The position numbers and the translations under genes were made by a program. Below, one piece after another: positions 27,276 to 42,001 of a stretch of 64,000 nt of DNA (position 1 is its first letter; each line of letters opens with the position of its first letter). Location of the stretch: contig NC_068999.1 in NCBI RefSeq assembly GCF_001194135.2, positions 41,280,210-41,344,209 of the forward strand, written 5' to 3'. The notes beneath the pieces were generated by a model. It was given only the letters and a program-made list of their open reading frames with translations. It had not been told where the DNA came from and did no database searches. The stretch comes from Octopus bimaculoides (lineage: Eukaryota).

Positions 27276-27624
27276 AAAAGTCGGTAGTGCGTGCCATAGT
27301 GTTGATCTCTATTTTATCCGACTCTAATCTTAACCCGAACATTAATAGAGAGCCCTCCCAACCATTTACGAGAGATTGCTGTCGTTGTTTCTGCTGCTGC
27401 TACTCTCGTTTAGTTGTAGTTTAACCGCAGGTCATTTGCGATTGAGTGATGTGGGGACTCGACCCGTAGCGATTAGATGTCGTTCAAGTCGAAGAGCCCT
27501 CTACCCCCACCCTTTAAAATTAAAAACTTCTGCAGTCGATGTAAAGCGACTGGGAAGAGATAAAACCTGAAATCTATTTCAATGTGAAACGAACCAAAAA
27601 CATAATGCAACGTTGGTAGACAAT

Positions 27625-27830
27625 AGCATCAACTTTTGGCACAAGGCCGGCAATTTGAGGGGGGGGGTCCTGGAAGTCGATTACATCGATTTCATTGCTC
27701 AACTGGGACTTATTTTATCGACCTAAAAAGGATTAAAATCAAAGTCGACCTCGGTAACGTTTGAACTCAGAGCGTAAAGAGCCATTATGCATTTTTGTTC
27801 GATGCACTAACGATTCTGCTAGCTCACTGC
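27625..27830 (-). mobile_element. SINE family B, full length
   Basis: ttttggcacaaggccggcaattt..aagtcgattacatcga..ttattttatcgacc..aaagtcgacctcgg..tttgaactcagagcgtaaag..taacgattctgctagctcactgcc. Confidence 0.82.
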
Positions 27831-27834
27831 CTTA

Positions 27835-28860
27835 CAATTGATAATATAAAGAAGTCTGTCGTTCGATTTGCCTTGATTGCCACTCTACCTTAAATATGAT
27901 ATCATATAAACCAACAAGGGTACGTCTATCATGAGTTCCAGCGCTTCTTGTGGTGTGGTGCATACCTGATTGACCCTGGAAGGTATACCAGCGGATCTCA
28001 AGTGTTTCACAGGTCATAGAACAAAAGGCAGACTAATATTGACCATTTCTTCCTGAAGTTAAAAATGCGTTTGCGTAGAGCCAACACCCTTATCTAGACA
28101 ATTCAAAACCAAATTAAAAGACCTGAGACAGGACGGTCTTTATTCAGGGAAACATGAAACGTTGCAGCGAAATCTAAAAAGGAAGATACAAGGAAAATCA
28201 AAAGATCCAACTGGAGAGAAGCAGAAAAAACAGCCGAGTCGAGAACATTGGAGAATGATTATCAACGACTTATGTTCCAAAGGGAATGAAGGGCTTCAGA
28301 AGAAGAATGAAGAGCATGAATGCATTATTGTGGAATGTTAGCACCAAGGACTTCGGGTCGACGCAGGATTTTTGAGGGAAATTAGGGACACTGAAAATAT
28401 TTGGAAGTTGGATGGATTGCGCTTGTAATTCAAAAATGCCCGGCATGGTAACACACTGTGTCATTGTATATCCCCGAAAATTACGTTAAGAATACGCGTG
28501 TCAATGGAATAATCAACCAATTTTCATGTTAATTCAAAGACTGGGTCATTCAAGTGACCAGACAACTGTACACTCATCGTCAAAATCGGCGAAGGATCCA
28601 AACTAAGACTAGCCAATTGGCGCCAACGTTGTTGGTCACCCGAGTGTCATAATGTGGTTTGGACTTCGCATTGGCTAAAACTAATAGAATAATCATAAGG
28701 TTAATACCTTACATCTCAGGTCTGTTAAAAGGAAACTGACCTGGGATTAAAGACCAATAATAGAGAAGCCCACTAAGCATTCCACATACCTGCTGCAAAT
28801 AGTGACCAAATATTTCTGTAATCACAGACCGCTGTCTTAAAAGTGCAAGGAGAGACATGT
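27835..28860 (+). mobile_element. Highly decayed LINE ORF2 fragment (L2/Rex1/CR1-like, region between endonuclease and RT)
   Basis: Reads KLKDLRQDGLYSGKHETLQRNLKRKIQ...PSREHWRMIINDLC, with a later SVIM-WF segment resembling the RPxALTSxxMKxFE motif. Many stops. Confidence 0.45.
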
Positions 28861-29395
28861 AATAATAGATATGAAGTCAAAATCAACAGGGTGGGTGTGG
28901 CTGGGAAGCCTTTGATCATACGACTCCATAATATGGACTGACTTGGGGCTAAACAGTAACATCATGAAAAATAGCTTTTAACTTTCCGAATTATATTTTT
29001 TCACACTCATATTATTTTTTTCTGTCTCCTCCATTTTACTTCTGTGACTTGTTTTGTCCCTCTCTCTCTCTCTCTCTCTCTCTCTCCCATTCCCTCCATT
29101 CCTACCCCTCTCTCCCTCCCTCTCTATCTCCCTCCCTCTCACATCTCATCTCATTTTCTCTTGTTCGCTCTCTCTCTCTCTCTATCTTCACCATATTATT
29201 CCTCTTCTTTCCCTTTCTCTTTCTCTCTCTCTCTCTCTCTCTGTCTTCTCTCAATCTCTTTATCCCTCTCTGCATTTTCCTCACTCTTTCTAGCACCATT
29301 TTCCACTCTCCTCCAACTATCACTCACACTTTCCGTTTCCTATCACTCCGGTCTTTACCTTCTATCTTTCTTTTCATTTCTTCTTATCTCTCTCT

Positions 29396-29447
<52 letters not shown>

Positions 29448-30515
29448 NNNNNNNNNNNNNNNNNNNNNNNNNNNNNNNNNNNNNNNNNNNNNNNNNNNNN
29501 NNNNNNNNNNNNNNNNNNNNNNNNNNNNNNNNNNNNNNNNNNNNNNNNNNNNNNNNNNNNNNNNNNNNNNNNNNNNNNNNNNNNNNNNNNNNNNNNNNNN
29601 NNNNNNNNNNNNNNNNNNNNNNNNNNNNNNNNNNNNNNNNNNNNNNNNNNNNNNNNNNNNNNNNNNNNNNNNNNNNNNNNNNNNNNNNNNNNNNNNNNNN
29701 NNNNNNNNNNNNNNNNNNNNNNNNNNNNNNNNNNNNNNNNNNNNNNNNNNNNNNNNNNNNNNNNNNNNNNNNNNNNNNNNNNNNNNNNNNNNNNNNNNNN
29801 NNNNNNNNNNNNNNNNNNNNNNNNNNNNNNNNNNNNNNNNNNNNNNNNNNNNNNNNNNNNNNNNNNNNNNNNNNNNNNNNNNNNNNNNNNNNNNNNNNNN
29901 NNNNNNNNNNNNNNNNNNNNNNNNNNNNNNNNNNNNNNNNNNNNNNNNNNNNNNNNNNNNNNNNNNNNNNNNNNNNNNNNNNNNNNNNNNNNNNNNNNNN
30001 NNNNNNNNNNNNNNNNNNNNNNNNNNNNNNNNNNNNNNNNNNNNNNNNNNNNNNNNNNNNNNNNNNNNNNNNNNNNNNNNNNNNNNNNNNNNNNNNNNNN
30101 NNNNNNNNNNNNNNNNNNNNNNNNNNNNNNNNNNNNNNNNNNNNNNNNNNNNNNNNNNNNNNNNNNNNNNNNNNNNNNNNNNNNNNNNNNNNNNNNNNNN
30201 NNNNNNNNNNNNNNNNNNNNNNNNNNGAGGAAGGAGAACGGGCATCATAACGGACAGAGGTTTCCAGTAGTTTTAATGGTTTCAGGTTTATCACTGCTAT
30301 TATGCTATTATCTTGCAGTAGGCTGACTTCCCGATTTGTTGATAGAACTTTAAGACTAGCAGCAGAGTATGACCCAGAGATTCGAGTCCGGTTTCGGAGC
30401 ATCTGAAAACGTCTAATCTCTCAATAAGCAAGTCTTATTATCTGATTTATATGCATATGTGTATATCAATACAGATATACGATATATCTCACTATTTCCT
30501 CTCTCTCTTTATATA

Positions 30516-30565
<50 letters not shown>

Positions 30566-30580
30566 TATATATACATATAC

Positions 30581-30627
<47 letters not shown>

Positions 30628-30724
30628 CATATATATCTATATACATATATACATATACACATATATATACATATACATATATATATATACATATATATAT
30701 ATACATTTATATATATACATTTGC

Positions 30725-30758
<34 letters not shown>

Positions 30759-30843
30759 GTACACATATATATGTACATTTATATATTTATGTATATGCAT
30801 TTATATATGTATATGTACATTTATATATATGTATATGTACATT

Positions 30844-30885
<42 letters not shown>

Positions 30886-31283
30886 NNNNNNNNNNTATAT
30901 ATACACACATCAAATGAACAAGAGCAGCAGAAACGACCGACAACATCATATATTCTAATATAAAGATTAACCTATTTGACATATTTCTACGTCAAGTTTG
31001 TATTAACCTTGGTGGAAATTGAACCTCTACTAGAGAGAGTTACTTTATTCCTTCTAACAAATCCAATAAATGTATTTCGATTTTTGTTTTGTAACTTTCT
31101 TTACGTTTGTGCTCAGAAACTCGCTAGCAGACAATTATTTCAAGTAAGACGCCATTTTCCATAGATGCATACATACACACACAGACACACACACAAAGTT
31201 CGACAAGTTTTACACTTTGTTTAAGCATGACAATTACATCGAGAACATACGTATATACTCAAAGATATACACTTGCTTGTATG

Positions 31284-31357
<74 letters not shown>

Positions 31358-31485
31358 CATATATAAAGAGAGAAAGAGACACAGAGAGAGAAAGAGATAC
31401 AGAGAGAGAAAGAGACAGAGAGAGAGAAACGTATATATGTATACCAGGTATGTATATATACGTTTCTCTCTTTCTCTCTCTCTCT

Positions 31486-31516
<31 letters not shown>

Positions 31517-32499
31517 ATGAGGGAGAGAAACGTATATATGTGTACATACATGTCTATATATATACAGATGCACAAGTGTATATATGTATGTGCCCGTGTG
31601 TGTACGCACGTATGTTTGTACACTCACACACACATATATATATATATGTATGTATATATACATATACGTGTACATCTACAGAGAAAGATTACATTTAAAA
31701 CAAAATTGAAAAAATACAAAAAATTAATTTTAATCAAATTTTATTGGTTGCCAATAATAGCCTGTAGTAAATTTATTTTTTAAAAAATACATAAAAACTA
31801 ACAGGATGGTAGATAGAATAGTTAAACAAAAAACACACATCTCTTACTACAAAATCACCCTCTTGCTCATGCGCGCATTCACATACACACTCGAACACAC
31901 TCACTCACTAGCACCCCATGAAAAAAAAAACGTGATACACAGACTAAAGATGGCGGATGGTAGAGAGAACATACGACTTAAAGAAGAGAAAAAGCTACTT
32001 CTTCACACAAATTCAAATTAGTTATAATATTAAAATTTGTACGAGAGAAAGAAAAAACGAAATCGTAACGAAAAAAGATAAAGAACAATGTGTGTGTGTG
32101 TGTGTGTGTGTGCGTGTGTGTGTGTGTGTGTGTAAGCAAATGAGTTCTTTTACGACAAGTAACGAAAATTAACGGATACAAACGTAAATCAACGGAAATT
32201 AGTGTTATATGTGAAAAAAGACAGAGGAATGTTAAGAATTGAACAGAAAATTTTTTCGAATAGTTAAATTTCAAAATATTGATTATTTTAGGTTTAGGCA
32301 CACCATAGTAGATAAGGCAATGGGATCAGGGAGTTGATATGATGTTGGTTAAAGCATTCTGGCATGAGACTATTTTATTTTTTCAGCACCCGGAAGAATA
32401 AAAATATTAATGTTGAACACGGAGGGATTTGAACTCAAAACATCATATAGGCGTAACTAATTAGATGTTTCTCCTACTGTTTCTACTATCCACTGTTTT

Positions 32500-32720
32500 A
32501 ATAATTCTTTCTTCTATTGGCAATTTTGGTAAAAGGGGTAAGTCGATTCCATCGATCTCACTGCTCAAATGGTGCTTATTCCCCCCCCCCCTGAAATGAT
32601 GAAAGGTAAATTCGATCTCAGTGGTATTTCAACTCAGAACGTAAAGTCGGACGAAAATGCTGTTAAGCATTTTGTCCGGCACAGTAACAATTGTTTCGAC
32701 CCACCACCTTGTCCACCATT
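32500..32720 (-). mobile_element. SINE family B, diverged
   Basis: aagtcgattccatcga..gatgaaaggtaaattcgatctcagtgg..tcaactcagaacgtaaagtcggacgaaaatgc. Confidence 0.7.
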
Positions 32721-33004
32721 TTTAAGAAAGCTTACAATAAACCGTAACACCTTGCTTGAGCAACTTAATCACCATTGCTTTAGAATTATATTAAAAACGC
32801 TTAATTATTTTAGGACTACTGCATACGAAAGACAAAATATGTCGTAATATATCCAATCAGGTTTTAAAATTCCACATTCAAATTCAAAGGCAGCTGGTTC
32901 TAATCAGGGTTGAAGCAATTAGGTGTTTAGCTCATGAGGAACGAAATTGGTTACGTTAATGGAATCTTAATGTTCACAAAATATCTTTCACTTAATTCAA
33001 TCAT

Positions 33005-33470
33005 TAGACTGAGGCCATACTGGGGCACCTCCTTGCAGAATTCGCACTCGGATGAATCAAGTCTAATACTTATTTTTTAAAGCCTAGTAAGTTTTCTATC
33101 GGAGATCCTTCGCCGAAACGCTTGGTTAAAGGGGACGTAAACACACCGACACTGGTTGTTAAGCGTTGGTGAGGGACAAATACAGACACATACCCTCTAC
33201 CTTCTCCCCTAAATACATACATCTCCCAAGTAAATTACACTGAGAATAAGACTATCGAACACCAAACTCGTCAGTTCGCTTCAAAACCCCGTAGCGGTAA
33301 CACCTTGAATGAAGTTGCATGGATACGTATACCTTGGATAGACTTACAATGCCTTGGTCGGCCCGAGGCTAATAGTAGAAGACACTAGCCCAAGGTGCCA
33401 CTCAGTGGGACTGAATCCGGGACCATGTAGTTGTTAAGCAATCTACTTACCACACAGCCACTCATGCACC
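33005..33470 (-). mobile_element. SINE family A split by a ~160-bp unrelated insert (33190-33345)
   Basis: The 3' half at 33005-33190 and the 5' half at 33345-33470 are collinear on the minus strand. Confidence 0.7.
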
Positions 33471-34357
33471 TTTATATATATATATATATATATATATNNN
33501 NNNNNNNNNNNNNNNNNNNNNNNNNNNNNNNNNNNNNNNNNNNNNNNNNNNNNNNNNNNNNNNNNNNNNNNNNNNNNNNNNNNNNNNNNNNNNNNNNNNN
33601 NNNNNNNNNNNNNNNNNNNNNNNNNNNNNNNNNNNNNNNNNNNNNNNNNNNNNNNNNNNNNNNNNNNNGAATGGTCATATTGCAAATATATATATGACAA
33701 AAATAAAGTGATAGACGTGTTAATCAACGGTGTTTTTTTTTTCTGCAGGTCTAGACCTGTTTGAATTATTCATCGCTAAATATTTATGGGAAAAAAACAT
33801 TTTATTTTCCTCTTTAATGCTACATTTCTGGGATACTTGTTCTCCTTCGAGAATTCGGATTTATTTTCCTTTTTTACTTATACTTTTTTTTAATGTTCTT
33901 TGTTTTATTATTATTGTTTTTCTAGTTGTTGTTAATGAAATGTTTTGATTTTTCTTCCATTGAAATCGATTGGAATTTAATATAGAGGAAACTTCTGATA
34001 AAGTGTGATATTTATCTTATCTGATCGAAGTTGAACGTTGTAGTGTCTTGTGTTTGTGTTGTGTTAGCGATGGTGTTGTTTTTAAAATCTAGAAAATTAA
34101 TTTATCGACCAAAATTTCACTAAACACACACACACAGACACACGTGTGTGTGTGATTGTGTGTGTATAAGTGTAGATATATGGATATCATCTATAAACTT
34201 TTGTAAATTTTGATTTCTCATTTAAAGCGTATATATATATATATATATATGTGCGTGTGTGTGTGTGTGTGTGTGTTGAAGAGAGAATATATGTACACTC
34301 ACATATTTTTATTTATGCATCTTTGTGCGTATATATATATGACCACATATACGTCTA

Positions 34358-34413
<56 letters not shown>

Positions 34414-34954
34414 ACATACACAAACGTAAGCCTATACATATATTTAAGGTAGGTGTGTACCTATGTATGTACCTATGTGTGCGCGTGTATATGTATGCAT
34501 TTATTCATGTATGTGTAGATTCCTACATAAAAGAAGACGAAAAAAAATACGTGAAATGGGAGAAAATTAATTTGAAATCATTTACGAGATTCTCTAGAAT
34601 TAATTATATTTAAAATATCTTCTTATTTGTACAAAACATTTATAGAGAAGTTAATTAGAAAAATGGCTTACAGAGTTAAATTGTATAAACTTATTCCGTA
34701 ATTATCTGTATGTATGTATGTATGTATGTATGTATGTATGTATGTATGTATGTATGTATGTATGTATGTATGTATGTATGTATGGTTACGTCATAATAAT
34801 TTAGTTACTTGGAGAGACATAAAATAAATCGCTTTATTTAACGATGGAATCCAGGCAGCCTTTAATTCCTTCCAACCAACAGGGTATTCTAACACATTAT
34901 TCCCACGCTACGAAGGGTTCCACCGTTGATGTTTGTGTATGTATATATAAGTAA

Positions 34955-35110
34955 GCGAAGGAGTGGTTGTGTGGTAAGGAGTATACATAGATAGACACCG
35001 GGTTCAATCACACTGTGTGGCACCTTGGGCAAGTGTCTTCTACCATAGCCTTAGGCCGACCAAAGCTTTGTGAGTGGATTTGATTGACGGAAAATGAAAG
35101 AAGCCTGTCG

Positions 35111-35205
<95 letters not shown>

Positions 35206-35725
35206 GTACGTATATATGTGTGTGCCTGTATTTGTTCCCCCACCATCGCTTGACAACCGATGTTGGTGTGTTTACGTCCCCATCATCTAGCAGTTCGGCA
35301 AAAGAGACCGATAGAATAAGTACTCGGCTTGCCCACGCAACCAGCGATTCGAGGTCGCTCCCACCTAGGTTGCCCATTCGGTGTGCTATCGCAAGTGAGG
35401 TAAGGTAAAAAGTGATGGTGTTTGATAATCGCTAACAGTTAGGAAGTTCGCTTATGAATGAATCTGGTAAACGGAAACCATGTTGAAGCCCGTCGTGGGT
35501 GTGTGCTTGTATTTGTTTCTGTCCTTGTGTCTGGCAACCGCTACACAACCTGTGTTGATCTCTTTACGATCTGTTACATAGCGGTTCAGCAAAAGTGAAC
35601 GAATAAATAAGTAACATTCTTTAAAAATTATAAGGACTGGTTTCGATTCCGTCGATAATACCCCTTCAATGTGATGCCCCAGCATGGCCGCAGTCCATTG
35701 GCAGAAACAAGTAAAAGATAAAAGA
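34955..35725 (+). mobile_element. Two tandem SINE family A copies (34955-35330 and ~35455-35725)
   Basis: The first has head, body and a long internal (TA)n(TATG)n. The second is more diverged and runs from ggtaaacggaaac..gaagcccgtcg to gaaacaagtaaaagataaaaga. Confidence 0.78.
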
Positions 35726-36167
35726 ACGATTAAATACGAGTTGCAGGAAAAGACGGGATGGTCATAGATGGAGTGTCTTTGATTACAGGTCTGCACAATC
35801 AGGACTGACCTGACATCAACCAACAACAACAGTAGCATCAACGACAAAAATATTTGCTCCGATGTCAACTTGGAAATCAGAATTATTAACGAATAGAGCA
35901 GCCGTAGATGACAAGCTTAATCAAGACATTCAACGTTTAAAACTAAGTGCTTCTACAAAGTCTTGAACCTGTCCATTTCTAAGGTTAATCGTTTATCAAT
36001 TTAGATTAAGTAATCCCGCCTCCGACCGCCCCTCTTCCACTCTCTCTCTCTCGTTTTATGTATCATAGCACGGGGAGCCTTTGCCGTGACATTGATACAG
36101 ACAGAAATTTGTATTTGTGATGTGCGTGTGTGTGTGCGCGCGTGCACGTGTCTGTATGTGTTTGTGC

Positions 36168-36214
<47 letters not shown>

Positions 36215-36663
36215 NNNNNNNNNNNNNNNNNNNNNNNNNNNNNNNNNNNNNNNNNNNNNNNNNNNNNNNNNNNNNNNNNNNNNNNNNNNNNNNNNNNNNN
36301 NNNNNNNNNNNNNNNNNNNNNNNNNNNNNNNNNNNNNNNNNNNNNNNNNNNNNNNNNNNNNNNNNNNNNNNNNNNNNNNNNNNNNNNNNNNNNNNNNNNN
36401 NNNNNNNNNNNNNNNNNNNNNNNNNNNNNNNNNNNNNNNNNNNNNNNNNNNNNNNNNNNNNNNNNNNNNNNNNNNNNNNNNNNNNNNNNNNNNNNNNNNN
36501 NNNNNNNNNNNNNNNNNNNNNNNNNNNNNNNNNNNNNNNNNNNNNNNNNNNNNNNNNNNNNNNNNNNNNNNNNNNNNNNNNNNNNNNNNNNNNNNNNNNN
36601 NNNNNNNNNNNNNNNNNNNNNNNNNNNNNNNNNNNNNNNNNNNNNNNNNNNNNNNNNNNNNNN

Positions 36664-36707
<44 letters not shown>

Positions 36708-37155
36708 TATATATATGCATATATATGTATGCATATATATGTATGTATATAAATGTATTTGTGTGAGTGTGCATATATATATATATATGTATGTATATGC
36801 GTTTATGCATGTATTTATGTGTGCTTGCGATTATATAATTATGTATGTATGTATGTGTTAGTGTATACCCATATGTGCGTATACGTACGTACATTTGTGA
36901 GTGTCTCTGTGTGTAATCGATGAGTGTGTGTACGTACGTAAGACGCGTGCGCACGCACGTCAGTGAAATATCAATGTCAGGTTCGGTTTAAGTTTAGTTT
37001 ACAATTCTGGAGTATCTTTATCCGCTGCTGAACGTTAAAGAACAACAGTGGAGACATCTACATAAGTAGTAAAAACGATTTCATTGGATACTCTGTGTGA
37101 GGTGGGGTGAGAGAGATAGATGGAGAGTAGAGATAGATAGATAGAGAAAATACAT

Positions 37156-37186
<31 letters not shown>

Positions 37187-38011
37187 NNNNNNNNNNNNNN
37201 NNNNNNNNNNNNNNNNNNNNNNNNNNNNNNNNNNNNNNNNNNNNNNNNNNNNNNNNNNNNNNNNNNNNNNNNNNNNNNNNNNNNNNNNNNNNNNNNNNNN
37301 NNNNNNNNNNNNNNNNNNNNNNNNNNNNNNNNNNNNNNNNNNNNNNNNNNNNNNNNNNNNNNNNNNNNNNNNNNNNNNNNNNNNNNNNNNNNNNNNNNNN
37401 NNNNNNNNNNNNNNNNNNNNNNNNNNNNNNNNNNNNNNNNNNNNNNNNNNNNNNNNNNNNNNNNNNNNNNNNNNNNNNNNNNNNNNNATATACTAATGTG
37501 CATTACATGTGTGTGTATATATATATTTATATATATATATTTGTGTATGTGTGCATACAGACATACATACACTCACACACAGAAACAGTGTAAATATAGG
37601 TATATGCACACATGCCCACACGAATACCCATATACGTGCATATATAGATACGGCGGGGGGCATCTGAGCAAAATACATACTTATACACAGGTATACATGT
37701 ATATATATACGTATATATTTGTGTGTTCTCAGAGATTATATACATGTGTGTGTGTTTGTGCGCGCGCGTATGTGTTTATATAAGATATTCATATAGAACT
37801 GGCAATGACTGTAAACATTGATATGCACACACACTTTATATGTGTGTGTGTGTGTGTGTTATGTATATATAAAACACCCCTTTCCTCCAGCTACGTTTCT
37901 TCATTATTTTCTATATCAATAAATATCCTCATGAAATGAGCGAGTTTTGAAACATAAAACAGAAATCGAATGAGTATGCTGTATGCGCGATGGTTACAGT
38001 ATACACACACG

Positions 38012-38051
<40 letters not shown>

Positions 38052-38055
38052 TATA

Positions 38056-38092
<37 letters not shown>

Positions 38093-39079
38093 TCTCGTGT
38101 ATGTGTACAAGGGACCATTGGACCAGGTGGCAGACGACGCAATACATTCAGGTAAATTTTATTATAAATAGAAGGTATATGTGAGCTTGTGTGCGTGCGT
38201 GTATACACATATACGTGCATATGCACCTGTATGTTTGTGTATGTATATATATGTGCGTGTGTGTGTATAATTATGCATCTGTCTATATATGTATGTGTGC
38301 ATACATGTGCGCGCGTTTCTTTTTCTATAAACACAAACACATATGTAAACACGCATGCACACATTCACACACACAATAAGATATATATGAATGTGTACCA
38401 TGTGTGTGTGTATATGTCTATGTGAGTGCTTGATGTTTATAGTTGGAAGAAAACAAAGATGTCAGTTCTTAGTGCTCCGTTTGCAGACCACCGTCTCGTT
38501 TCCCCATTCATCAATATGGCTCCGCGCATTCATCACTGCACTGGGTTTCAGGCTAGAAGCGCTCTTCCGGTGAACTGGAGACATTGGACCACAACTAGCA
38601 CCAAAAATAACATCTTCGGATTAACCACTTCTCCGCCAGACCATATTTATTCTGATAGCAAACCAAGTAGGAAACGCGGAACGTCATATTTCTCAGGTTA
38701 AAATAGGAAACCTCTTCGTTTTTCATTTGTGTGTGGGGGGGGGGGGACGTCCTGTTATTTGTTATGCGTGTTCAGCGGCGTTCCTTCGAGCTCTTTCCGT
38801 TCTGTGCTCAAAATTCCGCCGAGGCTGATTTTGCCTTTCAACATTTCGGTGTCTATAAGCAGTTGTAGTAGTTGTTGTTCTTCTTCTTCTTCTTTTGATT
38901 TATCAGTTATTTTGTTTTCACAGGAATTCGAATTGTCTTTCCCCACACAATTTTTTCCCTAATTGTTTTTTTATCCCATATGGAGTTTCTTTTCCTTAGG
39001 GAATAATATATTTCCGTTTAAACAAAATCCATTCCTTTTTTAAATAATTAAAGGAAGATTATGTGCATATATTTTATAC

Positions 39080-39290
39080 CCTTTACCGGTTTCACTGATT
39101 AGACTGCGGCCATGCCGGGGCATCGCATTGAAGAATTTTAGTCGAACGAATTGACCCCAGTATTTATGTTATTAAACCAAGTACCTATTCTATCGTTCTC
39201 TTTTTCCGAACCGCTAAGTTACGGGGACGTAAACATTCCATGACCGGTTGTTAAGCGGTGGTGGTGACAAACACGCACACAAAGACACAC
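39080..39290 (-). mobile_element. SINE family A, 3' half
   Basis: gattagactgcggccatgccggggca..gaccccagtattt..attctatcgttctcttttccgaaccgctaagttacggggacgtaaac. Confidence 0.8.
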
Positions 39291-40213
39291 ACCCACATAT
39301 CCAATATAATCAAAGTATTTAAATAACATAGACACCAGGGTAGAGTCGGGGGACAACATACCTGTGCACTGACAATGCGTACAGACACTGACGTGCTCAC
39401 TAAAGCAAGAAAACGATTTGTCCTTTCAGTTACGCATACATTCACACGTGTTGACCAAATACACAGCGAATACGTAAAGTCAGACAGGGGTATACTCCGG
39501 CACGTATTCCATGGTCCCCTATAGGCTCAAGACCCAACATAGGGAGAGTCTCGAGTGTGATGCAGTACAAATAATAATACAGATAGGCTCCTTTCAGTTT
39601 CCGTCGGCCAAATCCACTCACAAGGCTTTGGTCACCCTGAGACTATAGTAGAAGACACTATCAGCACAATAAAATACTTTTAGCACTTTGAGCTGTGTGA
39701 ATACATCCACACAACCACACGATTTGCTACAAACATTAGCTAAATTTCCCTCGAAGTGCATTCTAGCGTCAGCACAAAAGAGGCTGTGCGATCACGGCCG
39801 GAATGTTTTTGATCTTCTGTCAGCATTAACAAGGCTGACCTAGGACTTAAAAATAATAATAACCACAACTTTTAAGTATTTAATCCTACATTCTATTATT
39901 TTGCCATGTGAATTTGTTGATAAAACGACGTGTTAAACTTCTTATGAAGGTGATCGAATACCGATTACCAATATTGATAATCAGCGGTTAGCGATAGGTT
40001 AACAATTAGTAGGATTGATTTTAGTGAGTAGGTAAGTTAAATCTGTGACACGACTGTCTTTTCCCAAGAGCATTGATCAATTGCTGTCTCTGCGTAAATC
40101 TCAATATATATATNNNNNNNNNNNNNNNNNNNNNNNNNNNNNNNNNNNNNNNNNNNNNNNNNNNNNNNNNNNNNNNNNNNNNNNNNNNNNNNNNNNNNNN
40201 NNNNNNNNNNNNN

Positions 40214-40251
<38 letters not shown>

Positions 40252-41955
40252 CGTAAACACGCACACATACACATTCATTGTTATAGATACTTCTCTCAGT
40301 CATACAATTTTTAGTTACAATTCTTTAAATAAAGTTCCAATTTATCTTATGCCAACTCCATCGCCCACTCTTCTGTGTTAATTAAAATACAGTGTGTGTG
40401 TGTGCAACTGCCACTCATTACTGTCACTCAGCCAGGGGTAAGTAACGATCCGCAGGTGTTGGGAAGCGCGAATGTTTACCTGCAAGAAATACTTGTATTG
40501 ATAGCCACCTTTTCTATATTTATTACTTTGTATTTTCAATGAACTCCAGGCCGAATCCAGATCATGTTCATTTATATAACCCACTTTTAGCAAGACTATG
40601 TTGAGTAGAAGAACGATAAGACTGGCTATTCCACATAATCTCGAAGAGAGGGACCTTTTGACGTGGAGTGTTTTTGAAAAGCCCCTCTAAATTTTATTCG
40701 CTCTCTTTTGGAAATTCTAACGTCATTTCCGAATTTTTGCGTTTAACTCCCAATGCTTTTACGACGTGTGCGTCCAAGTGCTTTCTCTTTACATATTGTC
40801 ATTTCATGTAAAATCAACCATTGTAGATGCGTTTTTATTTCTGGTAATTCACGATATTGTCATTGTTGTTTGCTGTAACGCTGTGTGTGATTCACCATTC
40901 ACAACAACAACAACAGCAACAATAATGATAATAATTGTTATTGCCACAAAGGTGGCAGATGAGAGGATGTAATATTAACGGTAATCTCCACGAATAATAT
41001 AGGCACAGTATGACCGTTGAAACATACGCATGCGTATATGAACATGTGTATTGTATAGGTGTATATGTGTGTATATGTGTACGTATATGTATATATAAAA
41101 GGTGTATATAAGTATACATGTGTATGTATTTGCATATATGTGTGTATGTGTATATATGTGTATGCATATGTATACGTATATATAAATGTGTGTATGCGTA
41201 TAAGTTTATATGCGTGTGTGTGTGGTTGTGTCGTATACTCAATAGCGTGATCCTTTATCGATGTTTCACTGCTAATACAGAAGAGAAAACTCCAGAAAGA
41301 GATCTAACGCTTCTTTGTTGTTTTGGTGTGTTATTTGTTTATTTTTTATATAATTCTTTATTTTACAATGACGAAGAACGGAGGGGGAGACGTGGGGCCG
41401 GGAATGAGGCAACAACAAGAACAACAAAACAGCACTTACAACAACATCTAACCACCAAAAACATTACACATACCACAACTGTAACATTAGCCGTTTCATC
41501 TACGATACATAGAACACAGCTCCAACTACCACATAAACAACAATAAAACAAACTACAAAAACAGTCACAACAATATAGAAAAATAAATAAACAACTACAA
41601 ACGAAAAATTCTATCCACGAGCCAAAAGGCAGACCTATGCGGTCACTCCTCCTGCTAGAAGGAGCAGCCGAATAACACTCAAACCATTTTCTGTTATACC
41701 ATAATAAGAAGGACATTAAAGACAGATATATATGTGTGATAGCTCCGGATACAATGTGTCCAAATCAGATGAGATGTTCATAGTTGGATCGTTTTGGTTA
41801 TACATCTACACGAATAAGGCTGACCCGGCCTAAACAACAATAAAAGTAATAATAATAATAATTTTGATTATGAAAAAAAATTGTTACTGGAAGAAAATTC
41901 TGTTAGTGCAGCTTGAAACTTGGTTAGCCATGGTAACACTTATGCACACATATTT

Positions 41956-42001
<46 letters not shown>

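Noticed and set aside
38111-38151. Possible exon GPLDQVADDAIHS with a CAG|gtaaat donor
   Set aside because: Poor acceptor inside a microsatellite; its phase 0 to 1 would break the frame between exons B and C, which already join seamlessly.
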